From: an uncultured Eubacteriales bacterium
GTDB lineage: Bacteria; Bacillota_I; Bacilli_A; RFN20; JAISJY01
Length of the DNA: 54,210 nt
Direction of reading: 5' to 3'
NCBI GenBank assembly: GCA_964646425.1
Contig: CAZYEI010000004.1
Span: forward strand, 1-54,210
Shown: positions 21,599 through 29,624 of the stretch, piece by piece
Position numbering within the stretch: position 1 is the stretch's first letter
Layout: every line of letters starts with the position of its first letter
Program-made: the position numbers and the translations under genes
Notes under the pieces: generated by a model
Seen by the model: only the letters and a program-made list of their open reading frames with translations
Told to the model about the DNA's origin: nothing
Databases searched by the model: none

Positions 21599-22207
21599 AT
21601 GAAAAGTTATATTGCAAAAACAGTGGAAGAAGCATTGCTTAAAGCAAGTGAAGCAGAAAATATCGCTGTTGAAGAATTATGCTATGAAGTTATCGAAGAA
21701 AAAAGAGGATTATTCTCTAAAAAAGCAGAAATTGCAGTTTATGATGTAACAGATGCAATTAATTATGGAAAGAGTTATTTGTTAGCAATTATTAATAGTT
21801 ATGGTTTAAATGCTGAAATCGAAGAAAAATACGAAGATGGAATCATAAGATTAACTATTAATTCCGATCATAATTCTGTTTTAATTGGAAAAAATGGAAA
21901 GACATTACAATCCATGAATGAATTAGTTCGTATTGCGTTAAATAATAAATTTTCTAAGAGATTTAGAATTTTATTAGATATTAATGAATATAAGAACGAA
22001 AAATATAATAAACTTATTAAACTTGCAAAAAGAGTAGCAAAAGAAGTGCAACAAACACATATTAAAGTAGATTTAGATCCAATGCCTTCTGATGAGAGAA
22101 GAATTATTCATAATGCTTTAACTCGCTATAACAATATTAAAACAGATAGTGAAGGAAGCGGAAATAAGAGACATATTACTATTTCTTATATTGAAGATAA
22201 AGAATAA
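21599..22207 (+). CDS. jag: Jag/KhpB (EloR) KH-R3H RNA-binding protein
   Basis: AKTVEEA Jag_N, LIGKNGKTL KH, ERRIIH R3H. Confidence 0.93.
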   Translation: MKSYIAKTVEEALLKASEAENIAVEELCYEVIEEKRGLFSKKAEIAVYDVTDAINYGKSYLLAIINSYGLNAEIEEKYEDGIIRLTINSDHNSVLIGKNGKTLQSMNELVRIALNNKFSKRFRILLDINEYKNEKYNKLIKLAKRVAKEVQQTHIKVDLDPMPSDERRIIHNALTRYNNIKTDSEGSGNKRHITISYIEDKE

Positions 22208-22300
22208 GATGTTAAAAGAATAGAATTTAATTCTATTCTTTTCTTTATATTTGAGTTAAACTAAGATATAATTAAAACAATAAAAGAAGGTGAATATAGT

Positions 22301-23638
22301 ATGTTAAATGACACAATTGTAGCATTAGCAACTCCAATGATGACAAGTGCATTAGCAGTAATTCGCATTAGTGGAAAACAAGCATTTGAATTAACTAATT
22401 TAATATTTTCAAAAGATATTTATAAATTAAAAGCAAATCAAACAACCTATGGCTATTTAGTACATAAGAATGAAGTGATTGATGAAGTTATGTTAACCAT
22501 ATATAAAAATCCTAAATCATATACGGGAGAAGATATGGTGGAAATTTCTACTCATGGTAGTATGTTAATAGTAGAAAAGGTAATATCTTTGCTAATTTCT
22601 TTAGGTGCAAAGATGGCAGATCGTGGTGAGTTTACTAAAAGAGCATATTTAAATGGAAAGATAGACTTAATCCAAGCAGAATCAATTAATGATTTAATCT
22701 TTGCTACTTCATTAGAAGCTACTTCATTAGCGTTAAATGGAGTTAAAGGAAACGTTTCTAATTCGATTTTAACATTAAAGAAAGATGTTGAAGATATTAT
22801 TGCTAATGTTGAAGTTAATATCGATTATCCAGAATATTATGATATCGAAGAAGTTACTAAAGATAATTTATATCCAAAATTAAATAATCTTCATTCAAGA
22901 ATTATTGAAATTGTTAAAGATGCAAAAATCGGTATGATGATTAAAGATGGTATTAATACAGCAATTATTGGAAAGCCTAACGTTGGTAAATCAAGCTTAT
23001 TAAATGTTTTAATTGGAGAGGATAAAGCTATTGTTACAGCAATTCCTGGTACAACAAGAGATATTGTAGAAGGTAAAGTGCATTTAGATGGAATTGTTTT
23101 AAATCTGCTTGATACTGCCGGTATTCGAGAATCTAATGATATTGTTGAGAATATTGGGATTAACAAGTCAAAAGAAGTAATAGATAAAGCAGAATTAATT
23201 TTACTTGTTTTAGATTCTTCAAGAAAGATAGAAAAAGAAGATGAGGAGTTATTAGAATTAACAAAAGATAAAAAAAGAATTATTGTTTTAAATAAAAAAG
23301 ATATTAGTGATAATAAAACAGGAATTGAAGGTATTTCTATAAGTGCATATCAAAAAGATATTTCATTGCTAATTAAAGAAATAAAAGAAGTGCTTGGATT
23401 TAATGTTCAAGAATATAAAAATAAACCATTATTAACTAATACTCGCCATTTAGGATTAATGTTAAAAGTAAAAGAAAGTTTAGAAAATATGATGCGACTA
23501 ATAGATAATGAAGCTCCTTTTGATTTATTAAGTGTAGATTTAAAAGTTATTATTGATTCAATTAAGGAATTATTAGGAGAAGAAACACGTCTAGGATATG
23601 ATGATGTTATATTTTCAAAATTTTGCGTTGGAAAGTAG
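22301..23638 (+). CDS. mnmE: tRNA modification GTPase MnmE
   Basis: DTIVALAT, GKPNVGKSS, GTTRD, DTAG, C-terminal FCVGK. Confidence 0.97.
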   Translation: MLNDTIVALATPMMTSALAVIRISGKQAFELTNLIFSKDIYKLKANQTTYGYLVHKNEVIDEVMLTIYKNPKSYTGEDMVEISTHGSMLIVEKVISLLISLGAKMADRGEFTKRAYLNGKIDLIQAESINDLIFATSLEATSLALNGVKGNVSNSILTLKKDVEDIIANVEVNIDYPEYYDIEEVTKDNLYPKLNNLHSRIIEIVKDAKIGMMIKDGINTAIIGKPNVGKSSLLNVLIGEDKAIVTAIPGTTRDIVEGKVHLDGIVLNLLDTAGIRESNDIVENIGINKSKEVIDKAELILLVLDSSRKIEKEDEELLELTKDKKRIIVLNKKDISDNKTGIEGISISAYQKDISLLIKEIKEVLGFNVQEYKNKPLLTNTRHLGLMLKVKESLENMMRLIDNEAPFDLLSVDLKVIIDSIKELLGEETRLGYDDVIFSKFCVGK

Positions 23639-23645
23639 GATAAAT

Positions 23646-24428
23646 ATGAAGATATTTGATACGCATTGTCATATTAATTCAGAAGAATATGATGTGATTT
23701 TAGAAGAAGTAATTGCAAGAGCACACAATCAAAGTGTTACAAATATGATGGTAATAGGAACAGATGTAAAAAGTTCTTTAAAGGCAATAGAAATCGCAAA
23801 TAATCACAATGGAATATATGCAAGTATTGGTATTTTTCCTACTGATTTAGCTAAAATGGGAGAAAAAGATTTAGAAGTTTTAGAAAATATAGTCAATAAT
23901 CCAAATGTTAAAGCAATAGGAGAAGTAGGATTAGACTATCATTATGATGAAATTAATAAAGCACAGCAAAAAGAATACTTTAAATATTTTTTAAAGTTTG
24001 CTAATCAACATCATTTACCGATAATAATCCATACTAGAGATGCTGATTTAGATACGCTAACAATCTTAAAAGAAAATAAACATTTAATTCAGGATGGTGG
24101 AATTATGCATTGTTTTAGTGGTAGTAAAGAAATGGCAAAGGAATATATAAAATTAGGATTTTATATTTCTTTTGCGGGACCATTGACTTTTAAAAATGCC
24201 GAAAGAACTCGGGAAGTTGCTAAAAATATTCCACTTGATAGGATATTGGTAGAAACTGATAGCCCATATCTTACGCCAGTTCCATATCGAGGTAAAATGA
24301 ACGAACCTAAAAATACTTATTATACTTTAGAAATGATGGCCAAAATTCATGGATTAAGTATAGATGAAATGGCTGATATTACTTACAAAAATTCAATGAA
24401 AGTGTTTAAATTATATGAAAAAAATTAA
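23646..24428 (+). CDS. tatD: TatD-family deoxyribonuclease
   Basis: DTHCH, IGEVGLDY, HCFSG, ETDSPYL; ATG 23646 follows AGGA. Confidence 0.93.
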   Translation: MKIFDTHCHINSEEYDVILEEVIARAHNQSVTNMMVIGTDVKSSLKAIEIANNHNGIYASIGIFPTDLAKMGEKDLEVLENIVNNPNVKAIGEVGLDYHYDEINKAQQKEYFKYFLKFANQHHLPIIIHTRDADLDTLTILKENKHLIQDGGIMHCFSGSKEMAKEYIKLGFYISFAGPLTFKNAERTREVAKNIPLDRILVETDSPYLTPVPYRGKMNEPKNTYYTLEMMAKIHGLSIDEMADITYKNSMKVFKLYEKN

Positions 24429-24951
24429 TGAAGTTATTGTAGTAGAAGGAACAAGTGATGTTCAAACATTATCTAATTTAATTGTAGCTGATTTTATTAT
24501 TACACACGGTTCTGCTATTTCTCAAGAGACATTGGATTTAATAAAAGAAACAAATAAAACTCGGGGAATTATTGTATTTACTGATCCTGATTTTCCTGGA
24601 GAAAAAATAAGAAAAACAATAGTAAATTATATTGGTGATTGTAAACACGCATTTGTAAAAGCAAAAGATGCTAAAAAGAAGCAAAAATTAGGAATTGCTG
24701 AAGCAAAAAAAGAAGCAATATTAGAGGCTTTAGAAAATGTTGTAACCTTTAGTTCTAATTCAGAAAACAATTTAACTAATATTGATTTGTATGAATTAGG
24801 CTTACTTGGTCAAGAGAATTCATTAGAAAAAAGAATTAAATTAGAAGAAATTTTAGGTATAGGACATGGAAGCGCTAAAACCTTTATCAAGAGATTAAAT
24901 ATGATAATGGTTACCAAAGAAAGCATAGTTAATTTATTAAGGGGGAATTAA
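24415..24951 (+). CDS. rnmV: Ribonuclease M5
   Basis: EVIVVEG, FTDPDFPGEKIR TOPRIM; between tatD and rsmA. Confidence 0.93.
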   Translation: MKKINEVIVVEGTSDVQTLSNLIVADFIITHGSAISQETLDLIKETNKTRGIIVFTDPDFPGEKIRKTIVNYIGDCKHAFVKAKDAKKKQKLGIAEAKKEAILEALENVVTFSSNSENNLTNIDLYELGLLGQENSLEKRIKLEEILGIGHGSAKTFIKRLNMIMVTKESIVNLLRGN

Positions 24952-24952
24952 T

Positions 24953-25804
24953 TTGAAAACAAATATTGAAAATACTCAATCTTTGCTAAATGATTTTAAT
25001 TTATACGCAAAAAAATCGTTAGGACAAAACTTTTTAATTTCTCAAAAAATAGTGGATAAAATTATTGAAGGTGCTAACATTACTAAAGAAGATATAGTTA
25101 TTGAAATTGGACCTGGAATTGGGGCTTTAAGTGAAGAATTATGTCAAAAAGCAAAGAAAGTCTATTTATTTGAAATAGATAAAAATTTTGAATTAGCCTT
25201 AAAATCAAGATTAAAAAGTTATGATAATTATGAATTATTTATCATAGATTTTTTAAAAGTTAATTTAGAAATTTTTATTAATGACTATAAAATAAAAGAA
25301 AGAATAATTTTAGTTTCAAATTTACCTTATTATATTACTTCAAAGTTATTGTTGAAAATATTTAAATATAATAAATATTTAAAAACTGTTGTTGTAATGT
25401 TGCAAAAAGATGTAGGAGTTAAACTTATTTCTAGTGAAAATAACAAAGCAAAGAATAGTTTGTCTATCTTAATGAAAACATACTCAAATGTAAAAGAGTT
25501 ATGTGTTGTTCCGTGTGAAAATTTTATTCCTCAGCCCCATATAGATTCTCTTGTATTGAAATTTGAAATTTTAAATCAACCGAGATATACCATAGTTAAT
25601 GAAAGTAATCTAGATAAAAGATTAAATATTTTGTTTGTTCAAAGAAGAAAAACTATTGTAAAAAACTTAGCTTATATTTTAAGTGACAGAGAAAAAATTG
25701 ATTTAGTGTTAAATAAATGTAAAATTTCTCCCTTAACTAGAGTGGAACAATTAAGTGAAGAAAAAATTATTGAGCTTTGTAATACAGTTGAAGAAGTAAT
25801 TTAA
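24953..25804 (+). CDS. rsmA: 16S rRNA dimethyladenosine transferase
   Basis: KKSLGQNFL, EIGPGIGAL, SNLPYYITS. Confidence 0.96.
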   Translation: MKTNIENTQSLLNDFNLYAKKSLGQNFLISQKIVDKIIEGANITKEDIVIEIGPGIGALSEELCQKAKKVYLFEIDKNFELALKSRLKSYDNYELFIIDFLKVNLEIFINDYKIKERIILVSNLPYYITSKLLLKIFKYNKYLKTVVVMLQKDVGVKLISSENNKAKNSLSILMKTYSNVKELCVVPCENFIPQPHIDSLVLKFEILNQPRYTIVNESNLDKRLNILFVQRRKTIVKNLAYILSDREKIDLVLNKCKISPLTRVEQLSEEKIIELCNTVEEVI

Positions 25805-25851
25805 GGACAAAATCTGATATTTTTCATATATTAATTTAGTGGTGATTAACT

Positions 25852-26592
25852 ATGAAAGTAGGAGACTATGTTACTAGAAAAAAATATAATCATGATATTG
25901 TTTTTTATATATATGAAATAACAAGCGAAGGGATTGTTAAATTAAGTGGTGAAGATGTCCGTTTGTTAGCAGATGCTTTAATAGATGATTTAGTAATCTA
26001 TAACAATGAAGAAAGAAATGAAGATAGTGATAATTTTAATGTAAATATGATTGATGAACAAATTATTGTGGGAAAAGTTTTACATATTGATGGTGATTCA
26101 CGCTATTTACAAAAAAGTCTTAATTTATATAAAAAATATGATGTACCTGCAGTTGGTTATTTTTTAAAAGAAGATGAAATAAAAAAACAAATAACCAATC
26201 TTTTAGTAAAACATAAGCCAGATATTCTTGTTATTACAGGACATGATGCCTATAAAGAAACAAGTAATTTAGAAGAATTTAAAAATTCTAAAAATTTTGT
26301 TGATGCAGTGAAGAATGCTAGAATCTACCAGCCTGATAAAGATGCATTAGTCATTTTTGCTGGAGCTTGTCAATCAAATTATGAGGCACTTATTGAAAGT
26401 GGTGCTAATTTTGCCAGTTCACCAGGAAGAGTAAGTATTAATGTCTTAGATCCTGTTAAAATTGCAATATCTGTAGCAAGAACAAATATTCGTTCGTTTT
26501 TGGATATTGAAAAAATTTTAAATCAAACAACCAATAAAAATAAAGGTATCGGAGGCATTGATACTCGAGGAGTAGCAAGAAAAATATATTAA
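25852..26592 (+). CDS. yabG: Sporulation peptidase YabG
   Basis: GDYVTRKKYNHDIVF, VLHIDGD, PDILVITGHD, FAGACQS, GANFASSP; follows rsmA as in Bacillus. Confidence 0.92.
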   Translation: MKVGDYVTRKKYNHDIVFYIYEITSEGIVKLSGEDVRLLADALIDDLVIYNNEERNEDSDNFNVNMIDEQIIVGKVLHIDGDSRYLQKSLNLYKKYDVPAVGYFLKEDEIKKQITNLLVKHKPDILVITGHDAYKETSNLEEFKNSKNFVDAVKNARIYQPDKDALVIFAGACQSNYEALIESGANFASSPGRVSINVLDPVKIAISVARTNIRSFLDIEKILNQTTNKNKGIGGIDTRGVARKIY

Positions 26593-26608
26593 AATGAAGA
26601 AAAAAAGT
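26583..26608 (+). repeat. Left flanking direct repeat (26 bp; identity extends to 29 bp, 26582-26610)
   Basis: AATATATTAAAATGAAGAAAAAAAGT identical to 39176-39201; contains the yabG stop codon. Confidence 0.93.
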
Positions 26609-26709
26609 TGAAGAATTGTCAAGGACATTTCAAAAAAAATTTAAAAAAATATTTATTTCTTTATTTAGCAGTTCTAAAATCATTGTTTTTTAGAAAATTG
26701 ACTATTTGT

Positions 26710-26765
26710 AAGCATAGAAAAATCTATGATAGTACTTTTGATACTAGCATTTAATTTCTATGCTT
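26710..26765. terminator. Hairpin downstream of the transposase
   Basis: AAGCATAGAAA...TTTCTATGCTT followed by a T-run. Confidence 0.5.
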
Positions 26766-26774
26766 TTTTTAAAT

Positions 26775-27752
26775 TTATTCTTTGATTTTGATTAAATCCA
26801 TTAATTCTTTTCTTTTTTCAAGAGGAGTTAACCATACAACTTTATTATTAATTTTGCTTTTTAACGATGATGAACAAATATTATTAGAACGTTTTATGTA
26901 TGCTTTCATTTGTTTGTTTAAATCATCTAATGAGAAAAATTTTAAGTACTTATAAAATCGTTCATTGTCGTTTCTATGGCTTCGTTCAACTTTTCCATTA
27001 TGTCTTGGAGTTCTAGGTTTGATTAATTTATGAATGATTTTTAATTTATTGCATAGTAAATCAAATTCGTGCATTTTATCAGTTCCCTTTAAAAACGTAA
27101 ATTCTGCTCCATTGTCAGTTTGAATCATTTTAGGAGTATAGCCAAAATAAATGATAGCACGCTTTACAAAATCACAAGTTGCACGTGCAGTATGTTCATC
27201 GTAAGCATAAATGAATCGTTCTCGTGTTGCTTCATCAATTATTGTGTATTGATAAAATCTTTTATCAAATAATTTTCCTGTAGCTTTACATTCATTTGGA
27301 ACGAATTTTACATCTAATTGCATTTTTTCTCCCAGTAGCAAAGGAGTGTCATATTTTTTAGGAACATAGCGATTTAATTTTCTCACTTGTTCATAGAATC
27401 CTCGTTTTTTCAAGAAGCGATAGAGCGATACAGGATTTCTTGAATATGCATAATTAATTCGTAGTTTTGAATAAAGTTCATTTAAACCAATATTTGGATT
27501 TCTTTTTATAAGGTTTTGAATATTTTCAATTTCTTCATCAGTATGTGCTTTTGGATTCTTTGTATGTGGAATGTGAGAACCATTCTCTAAACTTTCTAAT
27601 GTTCCATCATAAAGTTTTTTCCAACGATATAATGAGCGAATAGAACAATGATATCTATGTGACACAAATTCGTATGAATTGTTTTTCAACATTTTGATAG
27701 CATTTAATTTTTCTTTTGCTGAGTATGGATTGTTAAAGCGATATGTTTTCAT
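26775..27752 (-). CDS. IS481-family DDE transposase/integrase
   Basis: N-terminal HTH (SIRSLYRWKK); catalytic D (MQLDVK), D (IQTDNGAEF), E (TPRHNGKVERSHR). Confidence 0.9.
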   Translation of the reverse strand: MKTYRFNNPYSAKEKLNAIKMLKNNSYEFVSHRYHCSIRSLYRWKKLYDGTLESLENGSHIPHTKNPKAHTDEEIENIQNLIKRNPNIGLNELYSKLRINYAYSRNPVSLYRFLKKRGFYEQVRKLNRYVPKKYDTPLLLGEKMQLDVKFVPNECKATGKLFDKRFYQYTIIDEATRERFIYAYDEHTARATCDFVKRAIIYFGYTPKMIQTDNGAEFTFLKGTDKMHEFDLLCNKLKIIHKLIKPRTPRHNGKVERSHRNDNERFYKYLKFFSLDDLNKQMKAYIKRSNNICSSSLKSKINNKVVWLTPLEKRKELMDLIKIKE

Positions 27753-27798
27753 AATATTTTTTTCCTTTCAATTGTTTATTTTAAAATAAATGCGTGTT

Positions 27799-27873
27799 AG
27801 ACATCCTATCATAGACTATATAACAAGAACGCACGCGCTTGCGCGCGAGCGTTTAGTCTATGATAGGATGTCT
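27799..27873. repeat. 20-bp perfect inverted repeat enclosing a GC-rich stem; candidate rolling-circle origin
   Basis: AGACATCCTATCATAGACTA (27799-27818) / TAGTCTATGATAGGATGTCT (27854-27873). Confidence 0.7.
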
Positions 27874-27911
27874 TTTCTCTTCTATTCTTCTGCTTGTATA
27901 TGTTAGATTGG

Positions 27912-27953
27912 AAAAAACTTGTAATCACTCTGCCGTTTGATTACAAGTTTTTT
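27912..27953. terminator. Bidirectional terminator-like hairpin
   Basis: AAAAAACTTGTAATCA-10 nt-TGATTACAAGTTTTTT. Confidence 0.75.
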
Positions 27954-27966
27954 TTTTATTTACTCA

Positions 27967-27995
27967 AGTATACAATTCAATTATTTTATTTGCAA
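27967..27995 (-). promoter_or_regulatory. Sigma-A-type promoter facing the transposase
   Basis: Minus strand TTGCAA-17 bp-TATACT. Confidence 0.55.
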
Positions 27996-28007
27996 TAAAA
28001 ATTCAGT

Positions 28008-28025
28008 TTGACATTTTGTTGTCAA
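28008..28025. repeat. Palindrome TTGACA-N6-TGTCAA, copy 1
   Basis: TTGACA-TTTTGT-TGTCAA. Confidence 0.9.
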
Positions 28026-28164
28026 TTTTCTTGAACGTTAGTTTTGAAGCGTATTTTTTCTATGTTTAGTTCTTTTGAAGTGTAGTGGTCGATGTTAGAA
28101 AGTTGTATCCATTTTAATCCTTTGGATTAAAACCGTTAGCCAATTATAGCGCTATAAGCGATTC

Positions 28165-28317
28165 TTTTTGTTTTTGAAAATTTTATACGCGAAAGAATAT
28201 CGATTTTTTGAAATTTGTAAAATGTTGCCCTACGGCGTATCGTACCTTGCCATTTTACAAATTTCAAAAAACCGCTATCTCAAGGAGGGCGTAAAAATTT
28301 TCAAAAAACAAAAAAAA
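28165..28317. repeat. Nested long hairpin of about 150 nt; candidate single-strand origin or packaging signal
   Basis: 21-bp perfect inner arms 28204-28224/28251-28271; imperfect outer arms TTTTTGTTTTTGAAAATTTTATACGC / GCGTAAAAATTTTCAAAAAACAAAAA. Confidence 0.7.
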
Positions 28318-28414
28318 TGTTGTTGTGTACCATCTGCTTGCATACAACTTCTCACGTTTTGATGGTTTTTACAAAAGTTTCAATACATAGAAAAAAAAAG
28401 AGGAGGTAATCAGT

Positions 28415-28819
28415 ATGAAACAAGAAAAAATTAAAGTTGTTATTTTAGACGCATTAAAGGGAGAACATAGTTTTAAAACAATTGATAATAATTTACATTC
28501 ATTTTATCAATTATTAAATTGTGACACTATCGAGGTTGTCGAACGCAAAATCAATGGAGCATATTATGATATTATTCTAGATGAAGAATTTTTATTAAAA
28601 GTTGATAATGGCGAAGATTTAAAACCTTCTATTGCAGTTTTTAAAAACAAAAACGAATTGTCAGAACTCCACTTTGGAAATGCTTTTATTTGTAAACATA
28701 ACGATGATGGCGACTTTGAAAGTTTAAATAATAATGAAGCTTATCAAATTTTAAAAACAATTGTTGTTATTTGTGATAATGATGGAAATAAATTTATTTG
28801 TATAAAAGCAACATATTAA
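28415..28819 (+). CDS. DUF3846-like hypothetical protein
   Basis: TIDNNLHSFYQLLNCDTIEVV...IILDEEFLL...GNAFIC...DGDFESL pattern; RBS GAGGAGG. Confidence 0.6.
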   Translation: MKQEKIKVVILDALKGEHSFKTIDNNLHSFYQLLNCDTIEVVERKINGAYYDIILDEEFLLKVDNGEDLKPSIAVFKNKNELSELHFGNAFICKHNDDGDFESLNNNEAYQILKTIVVICDNDGNKFICIKATY

Positions 28820-28833
28820 AAGGGGGAAATATT

Positions 28834-29469
28834 ATGAAAAACATAACTTCAAATTCTAGTAAAGAATTAATAATTCTTGAAAATGCTGTTAATTACTTAA
28901 ATGAAAAACTTTTTGACAATAAGTTGTCAAAAATTAAAGTTACCATTCAAAAAGACACAAATAAAAATAAAACTTATGGTTGGGCTTGCTATCAAAGTTG
29001 GAGTGATGGAAAAAATCTTATAAATGAATTAAATATAACAGCTAATTCATTAAAAAGACCATTTAAAGAAATTTGGGTAACATTAGTACATGAATTAATT
29101 CATTTATACGGAAATGATAACGGAATCCAAACTACTTCAAGACAAGGAAGATATCACAATAAAGAATTTAAAAAGCTATGTGATAAATTCTATTTAATAA
29201 CTGAAAAAAATGAAAGTATTGGTTATACAACGCCACATTGCAAACTATTAAAAGAGCAACAAGAACTTTACAAAGATTTCACTAAAAAAAATAAAAATAT
29301 TAATACTTTATTTAAATTTCAAAGACTATCATTTGAAAAAGAAAGCGCCAAAAAAGAAAAAACAACAAGTCAATATATTTGTCCGGATTGTGGAACAAAA
29401 TTTACAGCTAAAAAGGGGCTAAACATTATATGTGGTGTATGTGATATTCCATTTGAAGAACAAGAATAA
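28834..29469 (+). CDS. SprT-like zinc metalloprotease with C-terminal zinc ribbon
   Basis: LVHELIH (HExxH), YHNKEFK, CPDC...CGVC; ATG 28834 follows AGGGGG. Confidence 0.8.
   Translation: MKNITSNSSKELIILENAVNYLNEKLFDNKLSKIKVTIQKDTNKNKTYGWACYQSWSDGKNLINELNITANSLKRPFKEIWVTLVHELIHLYGNDNGIQTTSRQGRYHNKEFKKLCDKFYLITEKNESIGYTTPHCKLLKEQQELYKDFTKKNKNINTLFKFQRLSFEKESAKKEKTTSQYICPDCGTKFTAKKGLNIICGVCDIPFEEQE
28913..28930. repeat. Palindrome TTGACA-N6-TGTCAA, copy 2 (inside SprT-like CDS)
   Basis: TTGACA-ATAAGT-TGTCAA with TT/AA extensions. Confidence 0.9.
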
Positions 29470-29476
29470 ATAATAA

Positions 29477-29507
29477 AAAAAGTACTCAAAAAAAAGAGTA
29501 CTTTTTA
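29477..29507 (+). terminator. Terminator after the SprT-like gene
   Basis: AAAAAGTACTC-A9-GAGTACTTTTT. Confidence 0.7.
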
Positions 29508-29624
29508 TTTGCCAATAAAGCGCCTTTTAATTGTTACACCCTACTATTTTTTTGTAAAAATAGACCAACAACGTAAAAGGAAGAGAGGGAAAACACACCC
29601 TAACCACGTTTTCTTTCCTCTCTT

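Noticed and set aside
26582-26610. Flanking repeat as a tyrosine/serine integrase att site or dif site
   Set aside because: No such recombinase in the element, no tRNA target, no XerC/D-like palindromic arms, and the site is near oriC; kept only as an alternative to test
26609-27800. Transposase as an independent IS481 inserted next to a prophage
   Set aside because: No matching inverted end or repeat copy found just upstream of the gene; the matching end and repeat are at 39175-39201. Not fully excluded without a genome-wide search
28168-28362. 64-aa ORF in the element's intergenic region
   Set aside because: Coincides with the long inverted repeat; TTG start without an RBS
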